From Eledone cirrhosa (lineage: Eukaryota): a stretch of 64,000 bases of DNA. The first letter of the stretch is position 1, and each line of letters opens with the position of its first letter. The notes under the pieces are model-generated. The model had not been told where the DNA came from. It did not search any database and saw nothing but the letters and a program-made list of their open reading frames with translations. The stretch spans positions 73,718,001 through 73,782,000 of the forward strand of contig OZ024742.1 in the NCBI GenBank assembly GCA_964016885.1. The letters are read 5' to 3'. A program made the translations under genes and the position numbers. This document shows, one piece after another, positions 50,411 to 62,982 of the stretch.

Positions 50411-50581
50411 TAATGTGTGACCTCTATGGAGTCACTGATCTATATTAGAGGGTGGTCAGTACAAACGCATTATAAACAAGAATCATGGTGTCCAGTTTTA
50501 TACCCTCTCATTCCAAACGCGGCGATGGAGCTTGACAAGTGGCTTTCCCTACACACACACATATATATGTATGAGTGTGTG

Positions 50582-50669
<88 letters not shown>

Positions 50670-50852
50670 GAGAGTGAAATAAACAGATAGATATATACAT
50701 ATATATAAATATATAAATATATATACATGGGTGTATGTGTGTGTTTATCGCAGACCTGGTAGGTGAACAGCTTGCTGCATATTTATACGTTGAGATGATT
50801 CTTCTTTCCGTCTCTCTCTCTCTCTCTCTCTCGTTTATATATATATATAAAC

Positions 50853-50883
<31 letters not shown>

Positions 50884-51044
50884 CTTGTCTGAGTATGTAT
50901 AATTTATTACCTAAATATATATATATATGTGTGTGTGTGTATGTGTGTATGCAGGCTTGCTGGTATGCATGATCGTACATGTCTGCATACGTGTGTACAC
51001 ATACCAGACATAGCTGTGAAGTTCTTACTCAACCTACTTAGCAA

Positions 51045-51092
51045 ACAACGACATCAACAACATCAACAATAACAACAGCAGTAGCAGCAGCT

Positions 51093-51147
<55 letters not shown>

Positions 51148-51347
51148 CAACAGCAGCGGCGGCGGTGGTGGTGGTGGTGCTGCTGCTGCTGCTGGTGATG
51201 GTGGTGGTAGTTGTAGTACTAGCAGCAGCAGCAGCGACGGCGATGGTGGTGGTGATGGTGGTAGAAGTAGTAGCAGCAGCGGCGGCGGCGACGGCGGCGA
51301 TGGTGGTGGTAGTAGTAGTAGCAGCAGCAGCAATAGTAATGGTGGTG

Positions 51348-51383
<36 letters not shown>

Positions 51384-51410
51384 GCAGCAGCGGCGATGGT
51401 AATGGTGGTG

Positions 51411-51501
<91 letters not shown>

Positions 51502-51720
51502 CAGCAGCGGCGATGGTAATGGTGGTGGTGGTGGTGGTGGTAGTAGTAGCAGTAGCAACGACGGCAGCAGCAGCAGTAGTAGCAACGTCGGTGGTGGTGG
51601 TGGTGGTGGTGGTGGTAGTGGTACTAGCAGCAGCAGTAGCGGCGGCGGTGGTGGTGGTGGCGGTGGTGGTGGTGGTGGTGGTAGTAGCAGCAGCAGTAGC
51701 AGCGGCGGCAGCAGCAGCAG
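51045..51720. repeat. Compound (GTA)n/(GCA)n/(GGT)n/(GGC)n trinucleotide tract
   Basis: Direct reading. Confidence 0.92.
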
Positions 51721-52007
51721 TTGCTATAGCCTGTCCGACCACTCACATCGACTGTGTTGAGTGTAACTCGTGAAGTTAGGCCGCCCCTCTCACTCCCACT
51801 CTCCTCCCAATAAATACGTTAGTTCCGGCTACGATTTCAATGTATGGAAACATCAAATGGACACAAAATATCTATTTCACATCGCATTGCCACGTTACAA
51901 CGAATGTTTTTTTTGTTTTTTTTACCTTGCAATCTGCCACCATTGCTACTGTTTGAACACTGTGGTGGAGGAGTGACTGTCAGTAAACACATACACGCAT
52001 ACACAAT

Positions 52008-52039
<32 letters not shown>

Positions 52040-52076
52040 TCTCTCTCTTTCTTTCTCTCTCTTTTTCTTTCTCTCC

Positions 52077-52108
<32 letters not shown>

Positions 52109-52322
52109 GTATATATATAATATATATAATGCATATATATATATGTGTGTGTGTGTGCGTGCGTGTGTGTGTGTCTGTGTGTGTGAGAATGTGTGTGTGA
52201 GAATGTGTGTGTGAGAATGTGTGTGTAACGTACACGTATATAGTCATACAAACACTGAAAACAAGTATTTTACTTTATATAGATTTTATATTCTAAGAAT
52301 AGTTCTATTTTTATAGTATTTT

Positions 52323-52364
<42 letters not shown>

Positions 52365-52524
52365 TCAGGTTTGAGGTTCACCACTGTATAGAGCTGGTCT
52401 ATTCCGTATGGTCAATCGTAAAGGGCGACCGGCTGAGGTTGAAGGAACAGAATAGCGGTCGCCCTCGGGTCTCGATTTTCAGCCCCATGGATTTTACCTA
52501 TTACATTCACGTATTATATTTCGA

Positions 52525-52582
52525 ATACCTGATGATATCACCGGATTCATACGGAACCCGGTCATTGAAATGATCATAGTAT
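52525..52582 (+). ncRNA. Type I hammerhead ribozyme, intact core
   Basis: ATAC CTGATGA tATcACCGGaTTC atacg GAAcCCGGTcATt GAAA TGATCAT A GTAT; palindromic stem III ATGATCAT, AUA site. Confidence 0.82.
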
Positions 52583-52736
52583 AATAAACCTTCCAAGGAT
52601 TTACACAAATCCAGCCTCCTGTCATTTCATTATATATATATATATATATATATATATAACGAAGGAAATGTGGTAAGGAACCAGGTGGACCATAACGCAC
52701 CAAAGTACTCAATACTTAGGGTAGTAGTGTGGGTAA

Positions 52737-52844
52737 TAGGAACGAGCAGGACTCCGACGGCTGAGCTCAAGCCGTTTCGACGGCTAATTCGTCCAGAATT
52801 AGCCGTCGAAACGGCTTGAGCTCAGCCGTCGGGGTCCTACTCGT

Positions 52845-52849
<5 letters not shown>
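52737..52849. repeat. Near-perfect hairpin (54-bp arms, 5-nt loop) made of hammerhead 3' halves
   Basis: Each arm reads TAGCCGTC GAAA CGGCT tgagctc AGCCGT C GG; no CTGANGA. Confidence 0.85.
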
Positions 52850-52936
<87 letters not shown>

Positions 52937-52974
52937 AGTGAGTGAGTGAGAGAGGGAGAGGGAGGCAGACAAAC

Positions 52975-53035
<61 letters not shown>

Positions 53036-53610
53036 TGTTTCTTTTATTTGCCACCAGGGCATCAAAAGTGGGACAAGTACAATGGGGGGAGTTTACAAAA
53101 CAAGGCGTCCTCAATAAGGAGGAGGCAATAACAAAATATAAAAATAAAATAAAATATAACAGAATAAAATATATAACAAAATCCTCAATAGAGAGGAGAC
53201 GCCTTGGGGTGTCGCACACACCCCCGAAAAAAGTGTGCAACCCTCTTCCTCAGGAGCACAGAGAAGGGGTGCTCCCTTGGTCTTTCATCTTCCTCACCTA
53301 TAGTCTGATGTAGAGTGAAGGCCCATTCACACGGGCCATTCTCGCCACTTTCACCCATCTTTCATAAAAACGGCTGGGGTGCAGCACCTCTCTCTCCATC
53401 CTGATCCTTCTTCCGAAATGATATCGGAAGAAACGGACCAGTTGTTGGCCAGAGAGAAAGGTGTCTGACCTCAGTCCTTTCAGACGCGTCCACCATACAA
53501 CCTCTTTCGCCATGGCTATTACGCACAGAAACACCGCCTCTCCTTCGTTTTTGAAGAGCGAGGGGGGGGGGGGGGGGCTTGATCGTTACAATAGACTCGG
53601 TGGTCAACCG
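53036..53610 (-). mobile_element. Short 5'-truncated Tx1-type LINE copy flanked by (GATA)n
   Basis: Near-identical to 53652-54218; (GATA)n at 52976-53034 and 53611-53650. Confidence 0.92.
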
Positions 53611-53651
<41 letters not shown>

Positions 53652-55946
53652 TATTTCTTTTATTTGCCACTAGGGCATCAAAAGTGGGACAAGTACAAAG
53701 GGGGGAGTTTACACAAAAAGGCGTCCTCAATAAGGAGGAGGCAATAACAAAATATAAAAATAAAATAAGATATAACAAAAAATAAAATTTTTAACAAAAT
53801 CCTCAATAGAGAGGAGGCGCCTTGGGGGGTCGCACACACCCCCGAAAAAAGTGTGCAACCCTTCTCCTCAGGAGCACAGAGAAGGGGTGCTCCCTTGGTC
53901 TTTCATCTTCCTCACCTATAGTCTGATGTAGAGTGAAGGCCCATTCACACGGGCCATTCTCGCCACTTTCACCCATCTTTCATAGAAACGGCTGGGGTGC
54001 AGCACCTCTCTCTCCATCCTGATCCTTCTTCCGAAATGATATCGGAAGAAACGGACCAGTTGTTGGCCAGAGAGAAAGGTGCCCGACCTCAGTCCTTTCA
54101 GACGCGTCCACCATACAACCTCTTTCGCCATGGCTATTACGCACAGAAACACCGCCTCTGCTTCATCTTTGAAGGGGGGAGGCGGCTTGATCATTACAAT
54201 AGACTCGGTGGTCAACCGGATCGGTCCCACCCTTGACAGCAGTTGTTCGACATAGCCCCACAGATCGGCTACGCCCGAGCAGTGTACTAATGCGTGTGCA
54301 ACGGTTTCCTCGTCGCACACGCATCTGGGACAGATCTTTTTGGCGGGGTCCCTACCCGGGCGCCCGTGTCTGTAGAGCCTTTCTCGAACGGGTAAAGCCC
54401 CTCGGTAGCACTGCCAGGCCAGGGACTTCTGGAAGTTGTCCATAGGTCCCGGGCTGAATGTCCTACCGAAAAGGCCGGCCAGTTCGTCCTCCTCCATGTC
54501 TAGGGCTTCTCCGAGGGCGTCGTCGCACCTGCTGCGTACCAGCCCTCTATAGAATGTTGCGGTGGAGTCTCCACTGATAACCGGATCCGCCTGCCAGAGG
54601 GCGGTGAGCGCCTGGGCACACTCAGTGTGCCAGGCGCCCAGTTTTCTCGGTCTTTGCTTGACCCAGGATTGCAGCTCGGTGAGTGAGACGAGTCTGGGAA
54701 AGGTTCGTCTCACAAACGAGGCCCACACCGGTTGTCCGGTGAGGAATACGTAGAGGTGCCGTAGCCTTAATGCGTGTTTACGCATCATTAGCCACGGCAT
54801 CCCCAGCCCTCCTTTCGAAGGGTGTTGACAGCAGATGGATCTCCTCACCATAGGAGCCCGCCTCTTCCAAAGGAATTGGAAGAGCGCGCGCTCCATCTTG
54901 GTGAGGGTTTCCCTTGGGCAGGGCACTACGGTCAGGCGGTAGTAGATGACGGACGCTATGTAGGTGTTCGCCACCTCCGCCCGACCTTTCAGGGATAGTT
55001 TGCAACTGGCCCACTTCTGGGTCAGTGCAAACACTCTGTTCGTAACCTCCGCCCAGTTTTTCTCCACCTGGAGGTCCGGTCCGAACCAGACCCCGAGCAA
55101 CTTCGCCGGGCCCTCCGTCCAGCGTCCGACGACGCTATCGGAGGGCATCGGTCTGCCCCTCCACGTGCCGAGTTGCAAACCGATCGACTTGTCCCGGTTC
55201 AGCTTAGCCCCTGTGAACTTTTCGTACTCCTCCAGTAAGGTGCCGACCGCCTCGATTTCGGAGGCCGTCGACACCATTACTGTCACGTCATCGGCGTAGG
55301 CCGACACCGCTTTCCGCAATCCCGGTTCCAAAGGGATGCCCTGCAACAACTCCAACTTCCGCAGTAGTGGCTCGAGAGTCAATACATACAGAAGGGAGGA
55401 GAGAGGGCACCCTTGTCGGATGGACCGCGCGATTTTGAACGGCTCCGAGAGGTAGCCGTTCACCTTGACCCTAGAGCAGATGCGGCTGCTGTGCATAGCA
55501 GTGATCCAGCCCCTGAAAACGGGTCCGAAGCCTGCCGCCGCTAGCACCGCATCCAGGTAACCATGGTCGACCCTATCGAACGCCTTAGATTGATCCAAGT
55601 TGATCAGAGCCCCACCAAAGCCGGGTTCGTTCCCAACCTTCTCTATGATGTATCGCATGAGGTGGAGGTTGTCATAGATGGACCTGGACGGGATAGCGCA
55701 TGTCTGCGCATCTCCCACCAGGTTGCCCACGACAAGCGCCAACCTCTTTGCTAGCACCTTGGCCAAAATCTGTAACTCTGTATTTAGCAGTGTTATGGGC
55801 CTGAAGTTACTTATTTCGTCCCCCTTGTTCTCGTCCTTCCTCACTAGCGTGACTACGCCCTTGGTCACAGTACAGGGAATTCTCCCGTTCTGTTGCCAGT
55901 TGCAGTAGACCGCCTCGAGGAGATCGGGGAACAAGTCCGGCATAGC
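53652..55946 (-). mobile_element. 5'-truncated L1/Tx1-type LINE flanked by (GATA)n
   Basis: Uninterrupted RT ORF, 3' UTR with AATAAA; (GATA)n at 55947-55985 and 53611-53650. Confidence 0.93.
53916..55946 (-). CDS. L1/Tx1 ORF2 (RT plus zf-RVT), 5'-truncated but open
   Basis: NFRPITLLNTE, LDQSKAFDRVDH, IRQGCPLS, AYADDV (55287-55298), LSLKGR, GGLG, CPRC...ETVAHALVHC. Confidence 0.9.
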   Translation of the reverse strand, partial: AMPDLFPDLLEAVYCNWQQNGRIPCTVTKGVVTLVRKDENKGDEISNFRPITLLNTELQILAKVLAKRLALVVGNLVGDAQTCAIPSRSIYDNLHLMRYIIEKVGNEPGFGGALINLDQSKAFDRVDHGYLDAVLAAAGFGPVFRGWITAMHSSRICSRVKVNGYLSEPFKIARSIRQGCPLSSLLYVLTLEPLLRKLELLQGIPLEPGLRKAVSAYADDVTVMVSTASEIEAVGTLLEEYEKFTGAKLNRDKSIGLQLGTWRGRPMPSDSVVGRWTEGPAKLLGVWFGPDLQVEKNWAEVTNRVFALTQKWASCKLSLKGRAEVANTYIASVIYYRLTVVPCPRETLTKMERALFQFLWKRRAPMVRRSICCQHPSKGGLGMPWLMMRKHALRLRHLYVFLTGQPVWASFVRRTFPRLVSLTELQSWVKQRPRKLGAWHTECAQALTALWQADPVISGDSTATFYRGLVRSRCDDALGEALDMEEDELAGLFGRTFSPGPMDNFQKSLAWQCYRGALPVRERLYRHGRPGRDPAKKICPRCVCDEETVAHALVHCSGVADLWGYVEQLLSRVGPIRLTTESIVMIKPPPPFKDEAEAVFLCVIAMAKEVVWWTRLKGLRSGTFLSGQQLVRFFRYHFGRRIRMEREVLHPSRFYERWVKVARMARVNGPSLYIRL

Positions 55947-55985
<39 letters not shown>

Positions 55986-56063
55986 TACGTGACAATTGGA
56001 AAGGGAATGACAATTGTGTGGTTGGAAATGCAACATTTAATTTATATACATAATATATATATA

Positions 56064-56125
56064 TAGGAACGAGTAGGACCCCGACGGCTGAGCTCAAGCC
56101 GTTTCGACGGCTAATTCTGGACTAG
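56064..56125 (-). repeat. Third copy of the hammerhead 3'-half motif
   Basis: Same sequence as the arms of 52737-52849; abuts (TA)n. Confidence 0.85.
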
Positions 56126-56133
56126 ATCTATAA

Positions 56134-56164
<31 letters not shown>

Positions 56165-56339
56165 TGTATGTATGTATGTATATTATATATATGTGTGTGT
56201 GTGTGTAAGTGAGTAGAGTAGCGTGTGTGTGTTTGTTTGTTTGTATGTATGAGTGTTGTTGTGTGCGCGCATATGTATGCGCGTGTGTGTATGTCGTACG
56301 TATAAGTGTCAATAAGTGATTTTTTTTTTTTTTTTTTGC

Positions 56340-59300
56340 GCGGGGACATAGAAATAATCGGGCTGGATGCCCGATCGCGCAGTTAAACCACTGGGAGTGA
56401 AGAACCCCTAGCCCTTGTCAGGGCATTCTTCTAGGAGAAGGCATCTCAGCAAACTGGGTTAACTCCGACATAAAACCTGCGGCTCAGTAGTTACCGATGA
56501 TGTTGATCTTTTCTTCTTTTCGGGTTATAGCTACTGTCGCTCAGAGAGTGGGATTGGCTCAGTGCACAGTCTTTCCTCACTTTAAAAATATTCGTCACGC
56601 ACAGGCATTGCACGAGTGCATTAATAATTATTAATAGTGTAGTATTATTATTATTATTATTATTATTACTATTATTATTACTTTTTTTTTTCTTCTTTTT
56701 TTTTTTCCAATTCAATGATGTTCCAGAACAATATAAAAGAGATAATTGGCAATTTAGGTTCTGGAACAAAAAAGATCATTGGCAATAAGGGCAGGGGCCC
56801 CAGGTTATCACAGCCTGGGCCCGCTCGTCATCGTGCCATTGTAATAGAGCCAAACAAGGCATTTAGTCTTGGCTGCTGGAACGTACGGACGCTGCTTGAC
56901 AGGGATTCCTTGAAGCGTCCTGAACGAAGGACCGCTCTTGTTGCAAAGGAGCTTCGACGTTACGATCTTGACATCGTGGCTTTATCTGAGACGAGGCTAG
57001 CTGGAGATGGTCATCTTACAGAATTTTGTGGAGAATATACATTCTTCTGGAAAGGAAGAGATGAAGGAACCAGAAGAGAGGCTGGGGTAGGATTTGCTGT
57101 TAAGACTGTGCTTGTGAACAAATTAGAAGAATTCCCAGTAGGGATTAGTGAGCGTCTTATGTCCATGAGAGTTCCGCTGGACAAGGGAAGATATGCTACC
57201 CTGGTGAGTGTGTATGCTCCAACTATGAGTTCTGTCGATGAGGAAAAGGTGTCCTTTTACCATGCCTTGAAAGGTGTTTTAAGAAATATCCCTCAGGCAG
57301 ACAAAGTCATCGTGCTTGGTGACTTTAATGCTAGAGTGGGTAGGGATTTTAACACATGGAATGTAATCGGAAGGCATGGGCTGGGAAAGTGTAACAGCAA
57401 TGGTATGCTCCTGCTGCAGATGTGTGAGGAGCTGGATCTGTGTGTTACCAACACCATGTTCCAACAAAAGAACAAATTCAAGACCACATGGATGCATCCT
57501 GAATCTAAGGAATGGCATCTTTTGGACTACGTCCTAGTCAGGATGCGTGACAGACAGGATGTGCAGCGTGTTCGTGTTCTTCGTGGAGCTGAGTGCTGGA
57601 CGGACCACCGCCTGGTACGCGCAAAAGTGAAACTAATCACTAAACGTAAAATCCAGGCTCCTGGTGTTGCCCTGCCCAAAAGATTGAATGCTGCTCGTCT
57701 TAAGGATAAAAATGTGAAGAGGACATTGGAAGAAGAGATGCAGGCTGCAGATCTTGGTGAGGATTGACCAACCCTTAAAAAGTCGGTTTATGATGTAGGC
57801 AGGCGTGTTCTGGGATTGGCGCAGAGGAAACATCAGGACTGGTTTGATGAGAATGATGTACATATAGAAGACTTGTTGGCTGATAAGAGGCGTGCTCTGT
57901 CACGCTACTTGACGGCAAAACCACAGGAGAGGAATACGTTGCATGAGGAACTCAGGGATGTAAAATCACGTGTTAGGCGGAGTTTCTCAGATGAAGGATC
58001 AGTGGTGGAGTGAGAAGGCTGGTGAGATACAAACTGCGTCTGATTCCAATAACACAAAGCTGTTGTACAATCTCTTGCGTGAGGTTTATGGACCGTCTTC
58101 TTCTCTGCAAGGATGGCAAAGAACTTCTTCGTGACTCACAAGGAATTCTACGAAGGTGGCGAGAGCACTTTGATGATCTTTTGAATCAGCCGTCTGTCGT
58201 CAGTGAAGATTTCCTCAATCTCATTCCAGAAAGTCCTGTGAAAGTAGCTCTCGCAGAACCTCCGACGCTTGTGAAGGTTGCAGTGGCTATCTCAAAGCTG
58301 AACAGTGGAAGATCTCCAGGTATGGATGGCATACATGCTGAGCTCCTACAATATGGTGGTAAGAGACTCCTGCAACATCTTCACTCTTTGTTTGGCAGGA
58401 TATGGGCTAATAAATCTGTACCTGAGGACTGGAGAGATGCAGTAATGGTGGTCTTGTACAAGGGAAAGGATAACAGGACGATTGTGGGAACTACAGAGGT
58501 ATATCATTGCTTTCTGTCGTAGGGAAAGTTTTATGTAGGGTGCTTCTGGACCGTCTGCTGACACACATTGCAGATTGTGCTCTTCCTGAAAGTCAATCTG
58601 GTTTTCGTGCTGGACGCGGCACTACTGATATGATCTTCTCAGCTAGACAGCTCCAGGAGAAGTGCATGGAACAAGGCTTGGATCTGTATCAGGTTTTTGT
58701 CGATCTGACAAAAGCTTTCGATACTGTTAACAGAGATGCATTATGGAAGGTTCTCCAGAAACTTGATTGCCCTGATAAGTTCCTTGCTTTAGTTAGGTCT
58801 TTCCATGACGACATGAAGGCTTGGGTTAATGTCGGGGGTAACATGTCGGAGCCTATCTCAGTAAAAAATGGAGTGAAACAGGGGGATATTCCAGCACCGA
58901 CCCTGTTTGCCATATACTTTGCAATGGTTTTCTGTATTGCATTCAGGAATTGCGAGCATGGTGTTTACATCCGATATCGAACCTCAGGCAGCATATTTAA
59001 CATCAGGCGCTTTGCTGCGAAGACAAAAGTATTTACATCAATCATAAGAGACCTCTTGTATGCAGATGATTGCGATCTTGTAGCGCACACAGAGAGTGAT
59101 ATGCAGCACATTTTGAATGCATTTTCTGACGCTTGCACTGCCCTAGGTCTGACCGTCAGTCTCAAGAAAACCGTCGTCATGTACCAACCTGCCCCTGGTA
59201 AGCAGTACACTGAACCAAACATCTATGTGTATGGCAAACGACTTGGAGTGGTTGATCAGTTTGTCTACCTGGGAAGCACTGTCAATCGATACAGCAACCT

Positions 59301-60248
59301 TGACAGTGAAATCTCACTTAGGATTAGGAAAGCAAGTGATGCTTTCGGAAAGCTAGAAAGGCGACTCTGGGGTCGGCGAGACATATGCAGGAGGACAAAG
59401 GTAAAGGTGTACAGGGCATGTGTGCTCTCTTGTCTTCTTTATGCCTGCGAGACCTGGGTCACATATCGACACCACCTTAAGCAATTGGAGCGTTTCCATC
59501 AGATGTGTCTCAGACGGATCCATGGCGTTCACTGGAGGGACCACATCAGTGATGTCGAGATTTTGGAAAGCTCTATGTGTGACAGTATAGAAGCTCTTGT
59601 GCTTAAGCAACGACTCCGTTGGAGTGGTCACCTTGCCAGGATGAAGGATTATAGAATACCAAAACAACTCTTTTATGGAGAGTTGGTTAAAGGAAAACGA
59701 CCGCCACATAAACCAAAAAAGAGGTATAAGGATTCCTTGAAAGCCTCTCTGAAAGACGCTAACATCTCTGCTGATACATGGGAGAATATTGCTGCTGATC
59801 GTAATAAATGGAGAAAGACTGTATATGAGGGAAAAGTTGCCTTTGAGGCATCTCGAATCGCATACGAGAAAGTAAAGCGGGATGTGAGGAAGGGCATTGC
59901 TGTTGCACTTCCAGACGGCGAGGGTCCTCCTATGGTGCTGACATGCAGCGTATGTGCGAGACTCTGCCTAAGCAAAGCTGGACTCGAAAGTCATCTTCGC
60001 AGTCATAAAGTAAGACCAGTGGTTGACTACCAGGCTGCTGTTGGAGATGCTACTCATCATGCTTGCCAAACATGTGGTAGAGAATGTAAATCAGCAGGAG
60101 GGCTCAAGCGACATGCAAAAATACACGAACTCCAACCACAGCCGACTATTCCCAGTAAATGTTTTGGTTGCCGACTCTGTGCAAGACATTTTAGATCATT
60201 GGCTGGGCTAAAAAGCCACATTCGATCGCAGCGCTGTTAGTTGCTATC
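56340..60248 (+). mobile_element. Near full-length RTE-clade LINE with (GT)n tail
   Basis: 5' UTR; APE (WNVRTL, LSETR, GDFNA, LDYV, TDH); RT (QSGFR, FVDLTKAFD, GVKQG, LYADD); three C2H2 fingers. Confidence 0.95.
56850..60240 (+). pseudogene. RTE APE-RT-zinc finger ORF with stop at 57765-57767 and frameshifts between about 57990 and 58500
   Basis: ORFs 56715-57767, 57816-58013, 58010-58522 and 58507-60240 are consecutive parts of one protein. Confidence 0.9.
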
Positions 60249-60349
60249 GTGTGTGTGTGTGTGTGTGTAGATATGCTTATGTGTGTGCGTGTGTGTGTAT
60301 ATATATATGTATATGTATATTATTATTGTTGTTGTCGTTATTATTATTG

Positions 60350-60380
<31 letters not shown>

Positions 60381-60382
<2 letters not shown>

Positions 60383-60570
60383 GGGCGGTGGATTGGCAGT
60401 ATCGGTAGAGGGTCGGACGCCATGCTTTCCAGCATAGTTACGTCCCTTTACGATCTGAGTTCAAATCCCGCCGAGGTTGACTTTGCCTTTCATCCTTACG
60501 GGGTCGATAAAATAAAGTACCAGTAATGCACTGGGTAATTGCTGGCCTTGTGCCTAAAGTAGAAACAATT
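60381..60570 (+). mobile_element. Family-B SINE, full length, within (TTA)n
   Basis: A-box, B-box, TTGCCTTTCATCCTTACGGGGTCGATAAA body, (ATT)n tail. Confidence 0.92.
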
Positions 60571-60643
60571 ATTATTATTGTTATTAATGTATGTGTGTGT
60601 GTATATGTGTGTGTGAGTGTGTGTGTGTGTGTATATGTGTATG

Positions 60644-60687
<44 letters not shown>

Positions 60688-60959
60688 TATATTTTTTTTT
60701 TTTATTTTAATTTAATTTTATTTATTTATTATTATTATTATTATTATTTTTTCTTTCTCCTCGTGCAATGGCCATACTCGATAACGAGGGGGCAGCCATC
60801 ATGTATGTATGTATGTATCTATATAATTGTTTTTACTTTTTATTGCACACACTACTTACAGTATGTATATACCATGCACTTGTGTATATATGTGGTGTGC
60901 ATATGGTACGTAAATGTAAGTATATATGGACGCAAAATGTCCAAATTTTAAGAAGTTCA

Positions 60960-61500
60960 CTTAGCATTCATTAGGACCCGCGTTCGATCCCACTGCATGA
61001 TATTATGGGTATGTGTTATTTCCTACAGCGTCAGGTTGACCCAAGCCTTGTTAGTGACATTGTGTACAAAGACATTGTTTGGAAACATGTCCGATTGACT
61101 ACGAGGGTCGACTGAAAAGTTCATAGGACGAAATATTCCTAGGCTGACCAAGATACTCACATGGAATGACCAAATAAGGTTTATTTTTCGTCATAGTCCC
61201 TGGAAAGAACCAATACAGTTATTATTAATATGAAGAATTGAAATTAATGCATGCAAGATTTCACAGCTCTAGCATCCCTCCTTCATTGTCAGCCTATGAA
61301 CTTTTCAGCCAACCCTCGTAAACCTGTAACACAAAAGGCCAGCCATGTTACATGATGTGCCACGATTAATCTCCCAGAGAATTACGCTAGGACTACATGT
61401 GTTTGGGGAGTGCTCAGCCACCTACACATTAATTCACGAGCAAGCTGTTCCGTTGATTGATCTACTAGAATACCCATCGTCCAAACCGATGGAGGTCCAT
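60960..61500 (+). mobile_element. Diverged family-A SINE interrupted by a mariner MITE
   Basis: GTTCGATCCC B-box; tail GCTCAGCCAC...CACGAGCAAGCTGTTCCGTTG. Confidence 0.65.
61102..61318. mobile_element. Mariner-type MITE
   Basis: TIR CGAGGGTCGACTGAAAAGTTCATAGG / CCTATGAACTTTTCAGCCAACCCTCG; TA TSD. Confidence 0.9.
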
Positions 61501-61519
61501 TAGTTCGTTATTCGTATGT

Positions 61520-62258
61520 ATGTATGTTTCTCTTTCTCTTAAATTCGAGTTCATTTTTGACCGGCCACCTGCCTGGTGGCAAGGTTGTAAAAGAAAAGAA
61601 ATTGTCATCCCTTGAATCGCAAGAATGTTTTGCAAATGTTGAAGATGCCAGCTATCGCAGCCATTTGTATGTATATAAGTATGTATGTTCTGGTTTCATG
61701 ATTTTATAAATGTTTACCAATAGAGAGAGAGAGTCAGTTTCTAACATAGTTACAAGACTCTTTCATTGGAATTTAGACATCAACTAGGTAGATATGTATG
61801 CATGTCTGCCTGCGTTCATGTGTGTTCAGGTATGGATGTTATTGTATGTGTGGATGTGGATGTTTTGAGTTATATGTGTGCATGTGCATAAGCTTTGTAT
61901 CTGTGCATGTGTATATGCAGTTATTAGATGCAGAATTTTTGGAATGTTTTACATATTTTTACTGTTCCATTAATGGATTGTACTTGTAATTTCCTAACTA
62001 GTCGTGTTCTTTCTGTTTCTGTGAAGCCTAGCTTCTCAAGATTTTTACTGAGGCAGTTACTAACATATCCCAGTGCCCCAATAATCACAGGTATGATCTG
62101 AAGGTATAATCAGAGTGGAGTATCTGCAGATTTCTCTTTAGTTCTGTATAGATATTCTCCTTTACGGTAATCTTTGATGTTATATTGGCATCTGCTGGGC
62201 AGCTAACTTCCGCTACTGTGCATGCCTTCTTCTCCCTGTCTTGTATCATTACATCTGG
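61520..62258 (-). mobile_element. Two tandem R4-like RLE 3' fragments (61520-61666, 61680-62258)
   Basis: RPDVMIQD...VAEVSCPADAN...KEN; 3' ends match those at 18.7 and 19.5 kb; junctions are (TATG)n. Confidence 0.8.
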
Positions 62259-62728
62259 TCTGTCTATCTGCCTGTCAGTCTGTCTGTATACATGTATGTA
62301 TATATATGTGTGTATGTTTATATGTATATTTGTATAAATGTATTTGTATATGTAAGTATGCATGTATGTATATGTCTATGTATGTATACATGTATGTATA
62401 TATGTATGTATACATGTATATAAACATTATGTATACATGTGTGTATGTATGTGTGAGTGTGTGTAGACATGCATGTAAACATTATGCATACATGTGTGTA
62501 TGTGTGTGTATATACATGTATATGTGTTTGTATGTATATATACATGTATACTTGTTTGTATGAATGTATGTTTGTATTTGTATATATGTCTTACTGTATG
62601 AATGTATATATGTATTTATGTATGTATGTATATATATATTCTTCTGGTTTTATAATTTTATTAAAATATTTACCAATAGAGAAAGAGTCGGTTTCTAACA
62701 TGGATACAAATATGTATGTATGTGTGTA

Positions 62729-62898
62729 TCCAGCCAGCGACTTGAAAACTCTGGTACAAACACTACACTTGTGACAATTATTGACACATAGTGCTGGGCC
62801 CATGGTACCATGTGACGACAAATGCAGAGAGATCTCCAGATATAAAGCAATGCCTGTGCCGTAAAGCTTTTATAGTGAGCAAAGGCACTGCACAAAGC
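62729..62898 (-). mobile_element. Inverted fragment of the bipartite RTE-derived element
   Basis: Reverse complement of 63132-63301. Confidence 0.85.
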
Positions 62899-62982
62899 AT
62901 GTATGTATGTATGTATGTATGTATGTATGTATGTATGTATGTATGTATGTATGTATGTATGTATGTATGTATGTATGTATCT

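Noticed and set aside
51034-51773. Poly-Thr/Ala/Leu/Val ORFs
   Set aside because: Compound trinucleotide repeat with no splice or domain support
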